Of a stretch of 64,000 bases of DNA, positions 12,460 through 54,457 are shown in pieces. How positions within the stretch are numbered: the first letter of the stretch is position 1; each line of letters starts with the position of its first letter. The notes beneath the pieces are model-generated. The model had not been told where the DNA came from. It saw nothing but the letters and a program-made list of their open reading frames with translations, and made no database searches. A program made the position numbers and the translations under genes. The DNA comes from Eledone cirrhosa (taxonomy: Eukaryota), in contig OZ024766.1 of assembly GCA_964016885.1 (NCBI GenBank), forward strand, positions 1,798,001 through 1,862,000, in the 5' to 3' direction.

Positions 12460-13960
12460 TATGCTGACTTGAAATCCCTCTCTTCCTCCCTCGTTGATGA
12501 TTGTCCAGCTCTCTCCGCCCTTGTGCCTCCTCTCTGGCCTCAGTGTAAGTGGTACAGAGTTCTTCCTTCCTCCACTCCGTAGGATCAGCATGGAATTGGT
12601 CCTTAGCAGCTTTCAGGTGTTCTCTGGCTGCACACACTTTTGGGTCTGCAGAGCTGTAGTCCCTTTTTTCCCCTCTTTCTCCTCAGCAGCAGGGCCTCAC
12701 TTGTTTCTTGAACTGCATCAGAGAAGTACCCACACCTCCTTGTCACACTCTCCTCAGTTCCTCCAATCTCTCTCTCCTCTGCCTCTCAGATCTGAACCTG
12801 CTCCTCACTTCTGCCGTGTACCTCTCCTGTAGCTTATCATCATTCGAAAGCTTCCCAATAATAGATTGCTCTCTGGAGCTGAGCCTTACTCAGGACCCAA
12901 AGATAGGAAGAGGAAATGGCTGGACCATTTTAAGACCCTACTAAGAGAGCCGCCTTCCACAGCCCAGAACACCAGGGAGATCAGGCGTCTGTTTGAGGAA
13001 CTGGATATTGAGACAGGACCCTTCACCAGAGAGGAGCTTCAGAGAGCCAAGAAGAAGATCAAGGAGGGCAAGTCCCATGGAGAAGATGGAGTGGCATCAG
13101 AGGTGATGAAGAGGTGTGATTTTGATATCATCCTGCAGTTCTGTAACCAGTGAATCAGTGAAGGATCAGTAACATCGTCCCAGTGCCAAAGAAGGGAGAT
13201 CTCTCTAACACCAACAACTACAGGGGGATCTCACTGATGTCACTTGTGGCAAAGACCCTCAACAGGATGATTCTTAACAGGATCCAGCCCGAGATGTAGA
13301 AGAAGCTCAGGGACAACCAGAACGGCTTCAGAAAGGGAAGATCAACCACCAGTCACATCCTGATGCTGAGGAGGATATTAGAGGGAGCTAGAGCAAACTG
13401 CCTTCCTGCGGTCATGGTTTTCATTGACTTTAGGAAGGCCTTTGATTCTGTGGACCTTCACTGCCTGATAAAGATCTTACAGTCTTATGGAATCCCCAAG
13501 AAGCTAGTGGACCTGATATCACTGCTCTACAACGACACCAAAGCCCTAGTCATTACACCTGATGGGATGACAGAGTTCTTTGAGATACTGGCTGGAGTGC
13601 TCCAGGGAGATGCATTGGCTCCCTACCTTTTTATCATCGCAGTGGACTATTGTTTGCGCCTTATGCTGGAGAAACACTAGGACTCTGGCTTGACTGTAGC
13701 ACTGGCTCAGAGCAGGAGAGTTAAGGCGAAAAAGATATTAGATGCTAATTTGCAAATGGCATAGTTTTGGTGACAAACACAGTGAAGGAGGCAGAGGATT
13801 TGATGCAGGATGTGGGGCTGAGAATGAATGAGATTAAGACGGTAGATTAATCTGGTAGAGAATGTCAAGGAGTCAAAAACGTGGGTGGGAAATCTCAGGA
13901 GCTAGCTGGTTGAGGACTTACTGTATCTGGGAGCAAAGATTGGGAATGCAGAAGATGGTG
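12460..13960 (+). mobile_element. Degenerate non-LTR retrotransposon RT (RTE/RTE-X-like)
   Basis: PKKGDLSNTNNYRGISL, QNGFRKGRST, FIDFRKAFDSV, GVLQGDALAPYLF; in-frame stops. Confidence 0.85.
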
Positions 13961-14221
13961 TGGTGGAGAGGCCCTGTACGTTTGTGAAAGCCACTCTGAG
14001 TATGGTCATTCAAGAAGGAGAAAGAATCAAAAGGAATTGGGTTCCACTGATTTTGTTATAATCCTTTTGGCATTCTGAAGACTTGCAGAAAAGGAAACAA
14101 CACTGCACAAGTCCCAGACACACAGGGCTGTGCTCGGGAAAGCAATAATGACATGTTACAAAAATAAAACTAATACGAATAATAATGATTTCTTTATTAC
14201 AATAATAATAATAATAATAAT

Positions 14222-14780
14222 AATTGTTTCTACTTTTGGCACAAGGCCAGCAATTATCCCAGTGTATTACTGGTACTTTATTTTATCGACCCCCGTAAGG
14301 ATGAAAGGCAAAGTTAACCTATAATACCGGTTTCTGATTTAGGCACAAGGCCAGTTATTTGGGGGGGCGGGGGAAAGTCGATTAAATCAACCCCAGTACA
14401 TTACTGGTACTTTATTTTATTGAACCCCGTTAGGATGAAAGGCAAAGTTGACCTCAGCGGGATTTGAACTCAGAACGTAAAGGGCCGCAACTCTATGCCA
14501 CAACGCATGTTGTCCGACGCTCTACCGATTGCAAGCCCCAATCTATCACCTTATAAGGGCGACAGTAATGTTTCTGCTTTCGGCACAAGGCCAGCAATAA
14601 TAATTACCCCAGTGTATGACTGGTACTTTATTTTATCACCCCCCACCCCTCCGTGTAAAGGGTGAAAGGTAAAAGTTAACCCTCGGTCGGCGGGATTTGA
14701 ACTTCATTACGTGGTAAAGGGCCGTAACTCTATGCCGCGAAGCATGGTGTCCGGTGCTCTACCGACTACTGTCAGTCCAC
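14222..14780 (-). mobile_element. Three family 1 SINE copies or fragments
   Basis: Reverse-complement B-box GGATTTGAAC and body. Confidence 0.8.
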
Positions 14781-15276
14781 CACTCTAACAACAACAACAA
14801 CAGCAATAGTCTTACAAGATGGAATGTAGAAATAACTTGAAAGATTTTAAGAAGATAAATCGGAAAAAAAAAAAATTTTTTTTATAAAGATGGAAGAACG
14901 TTGAAAAAATGTGTGTGTGTGTATATATATGTGTGTGTATATATATATGTGTGTGTGTGTGTGTATATATATGTGTGTGTGTATATATATGTGTGTATAT
15001 ATATATGTGTGTATATATATATATATGTGTGTGTGTGTGTATATATAGGTGTGTGTGTATATATATATATATGTGTGTGTGTGTGTATATATATGTGTGT
15101 GTGTGTGTATATATATATATGTGTCTGTGTGTGTGTATATATGTATATATATTTTGTAACTTGTATTGTTTTATAAGTTTTATGGGCGTGAATATATATA
15201 TATATATTTATATATATAAATATCTGTGTGTATATATATATGTATGTATATATATATGTATGTATATATATATATG

Positions 15277-15343
<67 letters not shown>

Positions 15344-15460
15344 ATATATATGTGCATATATATATATGTGTGTATATATATGTGCATATATATATATGTG
15401 TGTATATATATGTATATATATATATATATGTATATATATATGTATATGTATATATATATG

Positions 15461-15591
<131 letters not shown>

Positions 15592-15604
15592 GTATATATA
15601 TATG

Positions 15605-15675
<71 letters not shown>

Positions 15676-15718
15676 GTATATATATATGTATATATATATA
15701 TATATGTATATATATATG

Positions 15719-15843
<125 letters not shown>

Positions 15844-17127
15844 GTATATATATACATATATGTATATATATACATGCATATATATATACATATATGTATA
15901 TATATACATGCATATATATATACATATACATATATATATACATACATATATATATATATATATGTGTGTGTGTGTATATATATATTGTGTGTGTGGAAGA
16001 TGAACACTCATCCTTATTCATCCTCTTACAATGAATAAAAAAAAAATGAAAAATATGTGGATGTGCAGTTTTTTTTCAAGTAGTGATATAGGGGAGATAA
16101 CTCCAAAGCGTTAAAAATATTTAATTTAAAATCTCGAGTGTTGTGATTTGAGTAAAAGTCAGGATATGTCGTTGAAATGAATGTTTTCCCCAAAGGAGAT
16201 CCTAAAAGAATTAATTGTAAGAAGGGAAATGTAGAAGAAAATTTTGAAGTAAATATTTCGAAGCATGCCTGCAGGTAGATAACTGTTCTGGTGTTGTATT
16301 TAACTGTTTTGATAACAAAACCCTTAAAACTGCTTTAGGTTCTATGTAAAAAAAAAAAGGGATTGTTTTAAAATGTATATATTTATCTACTTAGCTAGCA
16401 AACATTGAATTGTACCTGTAATTCAAAGAACCAGCATTGTCACACTGAATCTCCTTAAGAACTATGTAAATGGTACACGTGTCGGTTATTGGTTTATTTC
16501 GGTCATTAAATTTTAGAACCTATTATATTTGCCGGCCTATTGGACGCATTTTTCCCCAGAAAAAATGTAAAAAAATCTTCCCTTTATCCAATCCACCCAT
16601 TTCACTAATGAAAGGCCGAACAGCGGGCGAGGACATGTCTAGAAACATTTAGTTAGTATTACTATTAGTATACCAATACTGTAATACACTACAATTTAGT
16701 TAGTATTAGTATTAATAATGAATCAAATATCATTATTGATATTATATATATATGTTGTGATGTCACTGGTGCCAAGCTGTATCAGCCATTGCCTTTTCCT
16801 TGAACAACATCATATATAGTGTATATATGGTGTGTATACAGTGTATATATATATAGATATGTTGTCATGTCACTGGTACCAAGCTGTATCAGGCATTCCC
16901 TTTCCTTTGGACATCTCCGGTCGCGTGGAGAGAGGAGTGACTGGAACAATTTTTAATAAATTTATAGGGAAATATACTAAAGAAATGTTTTTCTCAAAAT
17001 ATCCTTGTAAAACCAGAGGGTCTTATACGAAAGGGGCGTCTAATAGGCCAGCAAATACAGTAATTAATATAAATTTGGTAATTTGGACATCCAATTGAAT
17101 TAAGTCACAATACAAATGATTATAATG

Positions 17128-17970
17128 GTTTCTACTATTGGCACAAGGCCAGCAATTACCCAGTACATTACTGGTACTTTATTTTATCGACCCCGTAAGG
17201 ATGAAAGACAAAATTAACCTCGGCGGGATTTGAACTCAGACTGTAAAGGGACGTAACTATGCTAGAAAGCATGGCGTCCAACCCTCTACCGATACTGCCA
17301 ATTCACGGTTTCTTATTTAGGCACAAAGCCAACGATTTGGGGGAGAGGTAAGTCAAATAAATCAACCCAGTGTATTACTGGTACTTTATTTTATCGACCC
17401 CGTAATAATTGTTTCTACTTTTGGCACAAGGCCAGCAATTACCCCAGTGTATTACTGGTACTTTATTTTATCGACCCTGTAATAATTGTTTCTACTCTTG
17501 GCACAAGGCCAGCAATTACCCCAGTGTATTACTGGTACTTTATTTTATCGACCCTGTAATAATTGTTTCTACTCTTGGCACAAGGCCAGCAATTACCCCA
17601 GTGTATTACTGGTACTTTATTTTATCGACCCTGTAATAATTGTTTCTACTCTTGGCACAAGGCCAGCAATTACTCCAGTGTATTACTGGTACTTTATTTT
17701 ATCGACCCCGTAATAATTGTTTCTACTTTTGGCACAAGGCCAGCAATTACCCCAGTGTATTACTGGTACTTTATTTTATCGACCCTGTAATAATTGTTTC
17801 TACTCTTGGCACAAGGCCAGCAATTACCCCATTGTATTACTGGTACTTTATTTTATCGACCCCGTAATAATTGTTTCTACTCTTGGCACAAGGCCAGCAA
17901 TTACCCCAGTGTATTACTGGTACTTTATTTTATCGACCCCGTAAGGATGAAAGGCAAAGTTAACCTCGGC
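17128..17970 (-). repeat. Family 1 SINE plus a 77-bp tandem array (about 7.5 units) of its 3' half
   Basis: Unit TAATAATTGTTTCTACTCTTGGCACAAGGCCAGCAATTACCCCAGTGTATTACTGGTACTTTATTTTATCGACCCYG. Confidence 0.9.
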
Positions 17971-18444
17971 TGGGGTTATTACATGTCTGAGCATTTATTG
18001 TGTTTATGAGGGAACGAACCCTTGATATGTGAACATAAGAGTATTTTATATTAATAAACATGACAACTAGATAACTCCTCCCACCCACACATATATTACA
18101 AGGCCCCTCCCCTATTGTTATATAACTCCACCCACATATACATATCACAATTAATCTCCTCCCTCTTATTTCATTATATATTTCATTTACAGAGTGTATA
18201 TATATGTGTGTGTGTGTATACATGTGTGCATACATATATACATATATATGCATGTATATTTATATATGTATATATATATATATATATATATACATATATA
18301 AATATACATGCATATATATGTATATATGTATGTATATATATATGTATGTATATATATATGTATGTATATATATATATGTATGTATATATATATGAATGTA
18401 TATATATATATGAATGTATATATATGTATGTATGTATATATATG

Positions 18445-18476
<32 letters not shown>

Positions 18477-20061
18477 TATGTATGTATATATATATATGTA
18501 TGTATATATATATATGTATGTATATATATATATGTATGTATGTATATATATATATATATGTATGTATGTATATATATATATGTATGTATTTATATATGTA
18601 TGTATTTATATATGTATGTATTTATATATATATATCTATGTATTTATATATATCTATGTATTTATATATATCTATGTATTTATATATATGTATATATATA
18701 TATGTATACATATATATATATGTATACATACATATATGTATATATATATATAAACATACATATATATGTATGTATATATATATGGTATACATAAAAAACT
18801 TGACATTCCCAAATATGCAAATTTTTCTTTCGATTTGGCATGCACTCCATATATGGTAATTATAGTAAATGCCCCCTTTCCCTTCCCCTTCCATGGTTAC
18901 AAAATTCAGTGATTTTTTTTTTCCCATATATGGACATAAAAACAAAAACAAACAAAAAGAAAATCTTGTTTCACAACCGCCCACTTACCATATATGGTTA
19001 GATTTAAAGAAAGAAGGAAAGAAGAGGTAGACTATGTGGTTGGGGGCGGGCGGAGGGTGTTACTGTGGAATGGTTTGATGGTAGTGGTGGTGGTGAGGTG
19101 GTGATGGTATTGTTTAGTGGTGGTGGTGGTGTGGTGGTTGTGGTAGTGGTGGTGGTAGTGGTAGTGGTGGTAGTGGTAGTAATGGTGGTGCTAGTGGTAG
19201 TGGTAGTGGTGGTGGTGGTGGTGGTAGTGGTAGTAGTGGTGGTGGTAGTTGTGGTACTGGTAGTGGTGTAGTAGTGGTGGTGGTGCTGCTAGTGTGGTGT
19301 AGTAGTGGTGTTGTGGTAGTGCTGGTGGTGTAGTAGTGGTGTTGTGGTAGTGCTGGTGGTGTAGTAGTGGTGTTGTGGTAGTGCTGGTGGTGTAGTAGTG
19401 GTGTTGTGGTAGTGCTGGTGGTGTAGTAGTGGTGTTGTGGTAGTGCTGGTGGTGTAGTAGTGGTGTTGTGGTAGTGCTGGTGGTGTAGTAGTGGTGTTGT
19501 GGTAGTGCTGGTGGTGTAGTAGTGGTGTTGTGGTAGTGCTGGTGGTGTGAATGATAGGGTTAAATCCTGTCTTCTTTCCCTCTTTCTCTCTCTCTGTTTG
19601 TGTGAGCTAGTATGTATGTGTGTGAGTGTGTGTGAGTGTGTGAGAGTGTGTGAGCTAGTGTGTATATGTGTGAGTGTGTGTATGTGTTTGTATGTGTGTA
19701 TGTGTATGTATATGTGTGTATGTGTGTCTGTGTGTGTGTATAATTGTCTGTATGTGTGTATGTATGTATGTGTGGGTGTGTGTATGTGTATGTGTGTGTG
19801 TGTGTATGTATATATATGTATGTGTGTGTGAGTGTCTATACGAAGAGCACCCATGGGTGTCACACCCACACCACCACCACCGCCATCGCATACATTACCA
19901 TACATACACCACCACACACACCACACCACCACCACCACTACCTCTACCCCACCACCACTACACACCACACCACTCTGATCCAATCCATTCCCTCCTCTCT
20001 CTGTCTCTCTCCATCTCCGGAAGAAGAAGAAATAGAAGAGGTAGTGGAAAAGGGGAGATAA

Positions 20062-45977
<25,916 letters not shown>

Positions 45978-46247
45978 TCTAACTAACAATTTCCACTCCG
46001 ACTTTTATAAATAACTTTACTCGTATAAATGTAAAAACCACTTTATATATAATATAATGTATGTATATATATATGTGTGTATATATATTTATATAATTGT
46101 TTCACTTTTATGATTATGTATTAAATAAATCGTTTATTTGGCATCGTGATAATATAATCATTATTTTTTTAAAATTATATAAAAACCCATTAGAAAATGA
46201 ATTAAAAATTGGTTGCATATAAAAATTAAAATTGGATACTAAATTGG

Positions 46248-46285
<38 letters not shown>

Positions 46286-46345
46286 TATATTGTTATATAT
46301 CTATATATTTTTTCTTTGCATTTGCATGTACTGTAGTAATATCCA

Positions 46346-46396
<51 letters not shown>

Positions 46397-46513
46397 GTGT
46401 GTGTGTGTGTGTATACTATATATATAAATAAATATATAAATATATATGTATATGTACAATCTATATATATACTATATATATAAATATATATGTATATGTA
46501 CAATCTATATATA

Positions 46514-46557
<44 letters not shown>

Positions 46558-46691
46558 ATATATATATATACTCTATATATGTGTGTGTGTGTATAGTATT
46601 TATATTAGCTGTTAGACATTTCTTTGCATTATTCGATGTTTCGTGAACATAGCTACGTCAACTTCTTTCAAATGTCCAGAGACAAGTGCGC

Positions 46692-46809
<118 letters not shown>

Positions 46810-47091
46810 GTATGTATGTATATGTATATATGTATGTGTGTATATAAAAGAAAGAAAGACTTGTCTTCGATGTGTGAACCTTATCTGCTATCTGGCCGTG
46901 GACATTTCTCTCTCCCATTCATATATATACACACTGTATACGAGTACATGTATGTATATAGTTGTGTGTATGTATATCTAACGGTATATACATCTGGGTG
47001 TATATATATGCATGTATATGCATGTGTATATATGTATGTGTGCTTGTAAACCCTTGTCGTTATGTAATGTTGCGTATGTATTCGTCTGTCG

Positions 47092-47137
<46 letters not shown>

Positions 47138-47196
47138 TTCTTTCATATACTCTCTCTGTGTATGTATGTGTGTGTACGTGTGTATGTGTGTGTTTG

Positions 47197-47228
<32 letters not shown>

Positions 47229-47581
47229 TGTATGTATGTATGTATGTATGTGTGTGTTTGTGTATGTATGTGCGTGTGTGTACGTATGTATGTGTATGTA
47301 TGGGTGTGTGCTTTTGTGTATGTATGTGTGTGTGTTTGTGTACGTATATAGGTATGTGTGTGTATGTATGAGTTTGTGTATGTATATATATGTGTGTGTG
47401 TGTGTATGTATGTATGTATATATGTGTGTGATGTGATTGTGTAATTATTTCCGTCTCTCTTCCTCTCCTTTTCCCCCTCTTTCACATACACATATATATA
47501 CACACACATACACACTATATATATATACACACACACACACATATATATATATATACATACATACACACTATATATATATAT

Positions 47582-47612
<31 letters not shown>

Positions 47613-47698
47613 CACATACACACTATATATATATATATACACACACACACACATATATATATATATACACATACACACTATATATATATATACACACG

Positions 47699-47747
<49 letters not shown>

Positions 47748-47827
47748 TATATATACACACACACATATATATACACACACACACATATATATATACACAC
47801 ACACACATATATACACACACACACACA

Positions 47828-47869
<42 letters not shown>

Positions 47870-49108
47870 CACACACACATATATATATACACACACACAT
47901 ATATATACACACACACACATATATACACACACACATATATATATCAACGAACCATGTGATGTGATCTGGTTTAATATGTTTACTATAAGATGTGTCGGCT
48001 GCAAGTAACATCATTCCCTCACACCATTCCTCCCTCTCGCTTTTTAGTACTTCTTTTCACACCCCTCTCTCTGTTTTATTCTATCTCTCTCTGTTATTGT
48101 GCTACACTTTCCTTTTCACCCTCCTCTCCACTCTTTCCCTCTCTCTCTTTCTTAATCCCTCCCCACTCTCTCTCTCTCTCTCTTTCTTAATCCTCCCCAC
48201 TCTCTAATTCCTTTGTCTTTTTCTCTCTCTTTCTCAATCCCTCGCACTCTCTCTCTCTCTTTCTTTGTCTTTCTCTTTCTTTCTTAATCCCTCCCTCCTC
48301 GCTCTCTCTGCTGCACTTTCTTACACCTCCCCCTTCCCTCACCTCACATCATCATCATTGTCGTCTGCTACAAACGCGCCCCCCCCGTCTCTCTCTCTCT
48401 CTGCCACACTCCTCCCCCTTCACATCATCATCATTGTCGTCTGCTACCAACGTCCCCCTCCGTCTCTCTCTCTCTCTGCTACACTCCTCCCCCTTCCCTC
48501 CCTTCACATCATCATCATTGTCGTCTGCTACAAACGATTCCCCCCTCCCTTTCTCTCTCTTTCACTTGCACTTCTTTACTCCCCCTTTCTTCCGTCTCCC
48601 CCTCCTCCCTCACACCATCACTACCATTGTCGTCTGCTAACACAGTCACTCACCCCCCTCTCTCTCCGATCATTACTATCATCATCATCATAATCAATAG
48701 GATTTGTGCTAGCTAGTAGCCAGTTACACAAGAGTTCAAAAATATACGTATATGCATGTGTGTATATATACACACACACACATACATACATACATACGCA
48801 CATATATATATACATATATATATGTATATATAAACATATATATATGAGTGTGTGTATGTATGTGTGAATATGTATATATCTATAAACATATATATATCTA
48901 TAAACACACATTCACACACACACATATATATACACGCGTATATATATATATATATATACATACATGTATTTATGTATATATATATGTGTGTGTGTGTTTG
49001 TCTGTATGTGTGAGTGTATGTATGACTGTGTGTGTTTGTCTGTGTGTGTGTGTGTTTGTCTGTATGTGTGAGTGTATGTATGACTGTGTTTGTCTGTGTG
49101 TGTGTATA

Positions 49109-49139
<31 letters not shown>

Positions 49140-49949
49140 GTGTGTTTGTATGTGTATGTATATGTGTGTGTGCGTGTATGTAGGTCTGTGTATGTGTATG
49201 TATATGTGCGTGTGAGTGTATGTATGTATGCGTGTAATTACAGGGATTAAATCTATAATGTATATCTCCACCAATCAAATTGCAGAGGTTATGATCAGCT
49301 CGGTGTTAATTGGTCAAACCTATCAACAGGTTTTTACCTGAGTCGACTAATACGTTGAACACCGCACAGCATACACACACACACACACATACATGCATGA
49401 TGGCTGCCCCCTCGTTATCGAGTATGGCCATTGCACGATATACCATTATTAATAATTATTAATTAATTCTATCGTGCAATGCCTGTGCGTGAAGATATTT
49501 GTTAAAGTGAGGAAAGACTGCACTGAGCCAATCCCACTCTCTGAGAGACAGTAGCTATAACCTGAAAAGAAGAAAAGATCATCATCATCGGTAACTACTG
49601 AACCGCAGGTTTTATATCGGAGTTAACCCAGTTTTCTGAGAAACCTTCTAGACGAATGCCCTGACAAAAAATAGGGGTCCTTCACTCACAGGGCCAGAGG
49701 TCCTTCACTCCCAGTGGTTTAACCCCGCGGTACATGTCTATATACATATTTACACACTTTTGGATGGCCGTTGACTCTTATGAGTTCTTCCGCCCTTTGT
49801 CAGGTTTTGTTTTTTGTACTGCAGGGTGCCCAAAATCTCCCTCCTCACCAAGTAAACTTGGTGGGGTTGCCGGTTTAGTAGCCGACGACCCGACCCGACC
49901 ATGCGACAGGTTGTACTGGGTTACATGTTACCAGTAGCACTCATCCGAC

Positions 49950-49993
<44 letters not shown>

Positions 49994-50258
49994 CCTGCAA
50001 GTGTGAAGTCAATACTCTGGTGTAATAAGACACTGACACGATCTTATTGCATATTTGTATATATATATAGGAACGAGTAGGACCCCGACGGCTGAGCTCA
50101 AGCCGTTTCGACGGCTAATGAGTCCAGAATTAGCCGCCGAAACGGCTTGAGCTCAGCCGTCGGGGTCCTACTTGTTCCTATTACCCACTCTACTACCCTA
50201 AGTATTGAGTACTTTGGTGCGTTATGGTCCACCTGGTTCCTTACCACATTACCTTCGT

Positions 50259-50289
<31 letters not shown>

Positions 50290-50452
50290 TCATACATATA
50301 TATACATATTCATACATACATATATATATACATATATATATACATATTCATACATCCATATATACATATATATACATTCATATATATATATATATATATA
50401 TATACATACACAATATATTAATAAATGGAAACTATACTTATAAAATCATAAT

Positions 50453-50518
50453 TATTTTATTATATATATTTCAAGGGCAACCAAGGCAAATTATGGTGCG
50501 CTTTCATCAGATAAAATA
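50453..50518 (-). ncRNA. Type I hammerhead ribozyme motif, family A
   Basis: TATTTTAT-CTGATGA-AAGCGCACCA..TGGTTGCCCTT-GAA-ATATATAT-A-ATAAAATA. Confidence 0.7.
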
Positions 50519-50634
50519 CAGATTTGTTTTATAAATAAATATTGACATACCCGGAAAAAAGACAACCTTAAAGGTTGAAGTTCACTGGATAGTTTTTTAA
50601 CCTTGTTGAATCCCAACAAATTAAATATAACCTC

Positions 50635-50673
<39 letters not shown>

Positions 50674-52368
50674 AATGATCATATATACAAAACATAATAC
50701 AGATACCCTAAACATTTGTGTTTATTTAATCTCGCCACCAATGCGTATTTTTTATTCGGAAATATAAACATGACAGCAATTTTACAAAAAACATCTTAAA
50801 CATTTGGCAGATAAAATAAATTAAACTTAATACAGCTATTTTAATAATCTACGACAGCAAAAACTAACAAAATAAATAATCTAACTAAATAATATCTTTA
50901 TCTATTTTTCATAATTTTAATTTATTTAGATTTACTTCGTAAAATAACATTTCCAGATTTTATATCGAGAAAAATATATGAAATAAATGTTTTATATAAA
51001 TAAAACACCACTTTTTTTACCATTCTGTTTCTAAATGTTTTTGCGGTTCTTTTTATAGACCGTAAACATTTATACGAATATTTTAAAATATTTTTTAATT
51101 TATTTATATATATTTAGGTGAAATAACTGAATTTCTGCACTTCATATTGAGAAAAACGAATGAAATATATGGTTTATGAAAAAAATGTTTAATTGGAAAT
51201 ATTTTTAGCAAAGAAATGTAAACAATTAAAAAAAAATTAGTTTATTTAAATGTATTTCGTATAATAAATGAATTATATGAGTTTATATCGAATAAGAAAC
51301 CGAGTAAAAGCGAATAGAATTTAAAAAAAGGTAGCCTTTGAAAAAATATTAAAATTGGGGCCAAAAATAAACTAAACACTTTTCTTCCGGGCTTTTTACA
51401 AATGCAAAATGTTTTTGTTTTTGTTTCATTTTGTATAAGACAACGTAAACATAACAATTTTCTTTTGTTTTGAAATGTAATTTATATCAATTTTGTTAAA
51501 ATCTTATATTGATAAAATCGAATTAAATGATTGCTTTATGAAAATACATATTAAAAAGTAAAAACATAGGGGTAAAAAAAAAAAAAAAATAAATAAATCA
51601 CCGAAACACTTTTCTTCTAGGATTTTTCTTGATTGTTTTCGTAGGATTACAACAGCAGACAACATAAACATTTAAAACAATTTACTGGTGGGGGAGAAAT
51701 TTATTTTGATTAATTAATTAAAATATCTAAATTTCTTGACTTTATATCGAGAACAACGCATGAAATATGTTTTATGAAAAAAAAATATTTAAAACATTTA
51801 AAATTTATTTAATAAAATAATTAAATTTTCTTGATATGATATCGAAAAAAAAAACAAAAATGAATGAAATAATTGTGTTGAATAAGAGAAATTAGGTTTT
51901 AAAAAAATAAAAACAGGGGCCAAAAATTACCGGAACACTTTTCTTCTAGGCTCTTTGAAAAAACAAACAAAACATGTTTTGTAAAATAACTAAATTTCTT
52001 TACATTATATAAAGAAAAACGTATGAAATGATTATTTTGTATAAGAAAAAAAAAATTGTTTCCAAAATAAATACAGGGACGAAAAATTACCGGAACACTT
52101 TTCTTCTAGGCTCTTCGAAAAAAAAAAAAAGAAACGTTTTGTGAAATAACAAAATTTCTTGATATTCTAAAAAGGAAAACGAATGAATTTATTATTTTAT
52201 AGCAGAAAAAAAATTGTTTGAAAAATAAAAACAGTAGCTAAAAATCACCGGAACACTCTTCTTCCTGGCTTTTTTTTTTTTCATTTGAGAAAAAAAAAAA
52301 AAAATAATAGAAATGTTTTTGTTGTTGGTTTTTGTAGAAGACAAGAGGAGGGGGGAGCCCGATATTTT

Positions 52369-52480
52369 GGTCACGTGACCAGCGCTGCTTATACATGGCG
52401 ACAGGAGAGGATACTATAGTCGCAGCTAGAAAAACCTTGCAGTAGTCGGTATTTTAGTCCCGTTGCGGCCCATGGTAAGT
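52369..52480 (+). promoter_or_regulatory. Candidate promoter/first exon of a divergent gene: palindromic E-box GGTCACGTGACC, CATGGCG motif, ATG|GTAAGT donor
   Basis: 12-bp palindrome at 52369-52380; abrupt shift from very AT-rich to CpG-containing sequence; perfect donor at 52475-52480 directly after ATG 52472-52474. Confidence 0.55.
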
Positions 52481-52919
52481 AGATTCCCACCATTTTCTAT
52501 ACACCTATCGACAGATCAAAGTCCCATCTATCGAACTGTCCCTTCAAATTCTCTCTAGCTGTCCGGCATCCGTGATTTTTCCGGCCGTTTGTTGTGCTGG
52601 GTGGTGGTGGTGTTGATGTCGAGTTTGCTTTTTTAAAGTTGTCGGCCATGTTTGAGTGAAGTGTCTGGACTATTTTCTGCCATATATACCCGCATATATC
52701 TCTAATTATTTATATATACGTGTGTAATTACATTCAAATATATGTAAATATATGTTTGTCAAGTGACCGAGCAGTCGGTGCTGCACACACAGTCACGTAT
52801 ATATCATAAATAGATAGAGAATGAGGCGGGGAAGAGGAGGGCGTCCCTGAGTTTCTTGTTGCTGCTGTATTGTATGGATGTCAGGTCATTAGTTTGGGTT
52901 TTTTTATTTTTTTTTTATA

Positions 52920-53650
52920 GTTACTACTACTTCTACTAGTTCTACTATTACTACTATTACTACTAGTACTACTATTACTACTAGTACTACTAGTACTACT
53001 ACTACTACTAGTACTACTATTACTACTAGTACTACTACTTCTACTAGTTCTACTATTACTACTATTACTACTAGTACTACTACTACTACTAGTACTACTA
53101 CTTCTACTAGTTCTACTATTACTACTAGTTCTACTATTACTACTAGTTCTACTATTACTACTGGTACTACTATTACTACTAGTACTACTATTACTACTAG
53201 TACTACTACTACTACTACTTCTACTAGTTCTACTATTACTACTGGTACTACTATTACTACTAGTACTACTACTACTACTAGTACTACTACTACTACTAGT
53301 ACTACTACTTCTACTAGTTCTACTATTACTACTGGTACTACTATTACTACTAGTACTACTACTACTACTACTTCTACTAGTACTACTATTACTACTATTA
53401 CTACTAGTACTACTACTACTACTACTTCTACTAGTTCTACTATTACTACTGGTACTACTATTACTACTAGTACTACTATTACTACTAGTACTACTACTAC
53501 TACTAGTACTACTACTTCTACTAGTTCTACTATTACTACTGGTACTACTATTACTACTAGTACTACTACTACTACTACTTCTACTAGTACTACTATTACT
53601 ACTAGTACTACTATTACTACTAGTATTACTAGTAGTACTACTGGTACTGT
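52920..53650. repeat. (ACT)n-based compound repeat
   Basis: TACTACTAG/TTCTACTAT units. Confidence 0.9.
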
Positions 53651-53689
53651 GGTGGTTGCCAGGCGAGGTTAGCTTTGACTTTCATTCAT

Positions 53690-54040
53690 ACTGGGGGTCG
53701 ATATAATAAAGTACCAGTAATGTACTGGGGGGTCGATATAATAAAGTACCAGTAATGTATTGGGGTGGGTATAATAAAGTACCAGTAATGTACTGGGGGT
53801 CGATATAATAAAGTACCAGTAATGTACTGGGGTGGGTATAATAAAGTACCAGTAATGTATTGGGGTCGATATGATGAAGTACCAGTAATGTACCGGGGGG
53901 TCGATATAATAAAGTACCAGTAATGTATTGGGGGTCGATATAATAAAGTACCAGTAATGTACTGGGGGTCGATATGATGAAGTACCAGTAATGTACTGGG
54001 GTGGGTATAATAAAGTACCAGTAATGTACTGGGGTTTCGA
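53690..54040. repeat. Tandem repeat of about 33 bp derived from the family 1 SINE
   Basis: GTCGATATAATAAAGTACCAGTAATGTACTGGGG units. Confidence 0.85.
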
Positions 54041-54152
54041 TTTAATTGGTCCCCCCCCCCTACCCCCAAATTAGTTGGCCTTGACCCTGAATCAAACTAT
54101 TATTATTATATATATATATCCTTGTGTGTGTGTATATATATATATATATCAT

Positions 54153-54185
<33 letters not shown>

Positions 54186-54392
54186 CATTGTGTGTGTGTA
54201 TATATATATATATATCCTTGTGTGTATATATATATATATCCTTGTGTGTGTGTGTATATATATCATTGTGTGTGTATATATCCTTGTGTGTGTATATATA
54301 TATATCATTGTGTGTATATATATATATATATATATCATTGTGTGTATATATATATATATATCATTGTGTGTATATATATATATATATATCAT

Positions 54393-54423
<31 letters not shown>

Positions 54424-54426
54424 CAT

Positions 54427-54457
<31 letters not shown>

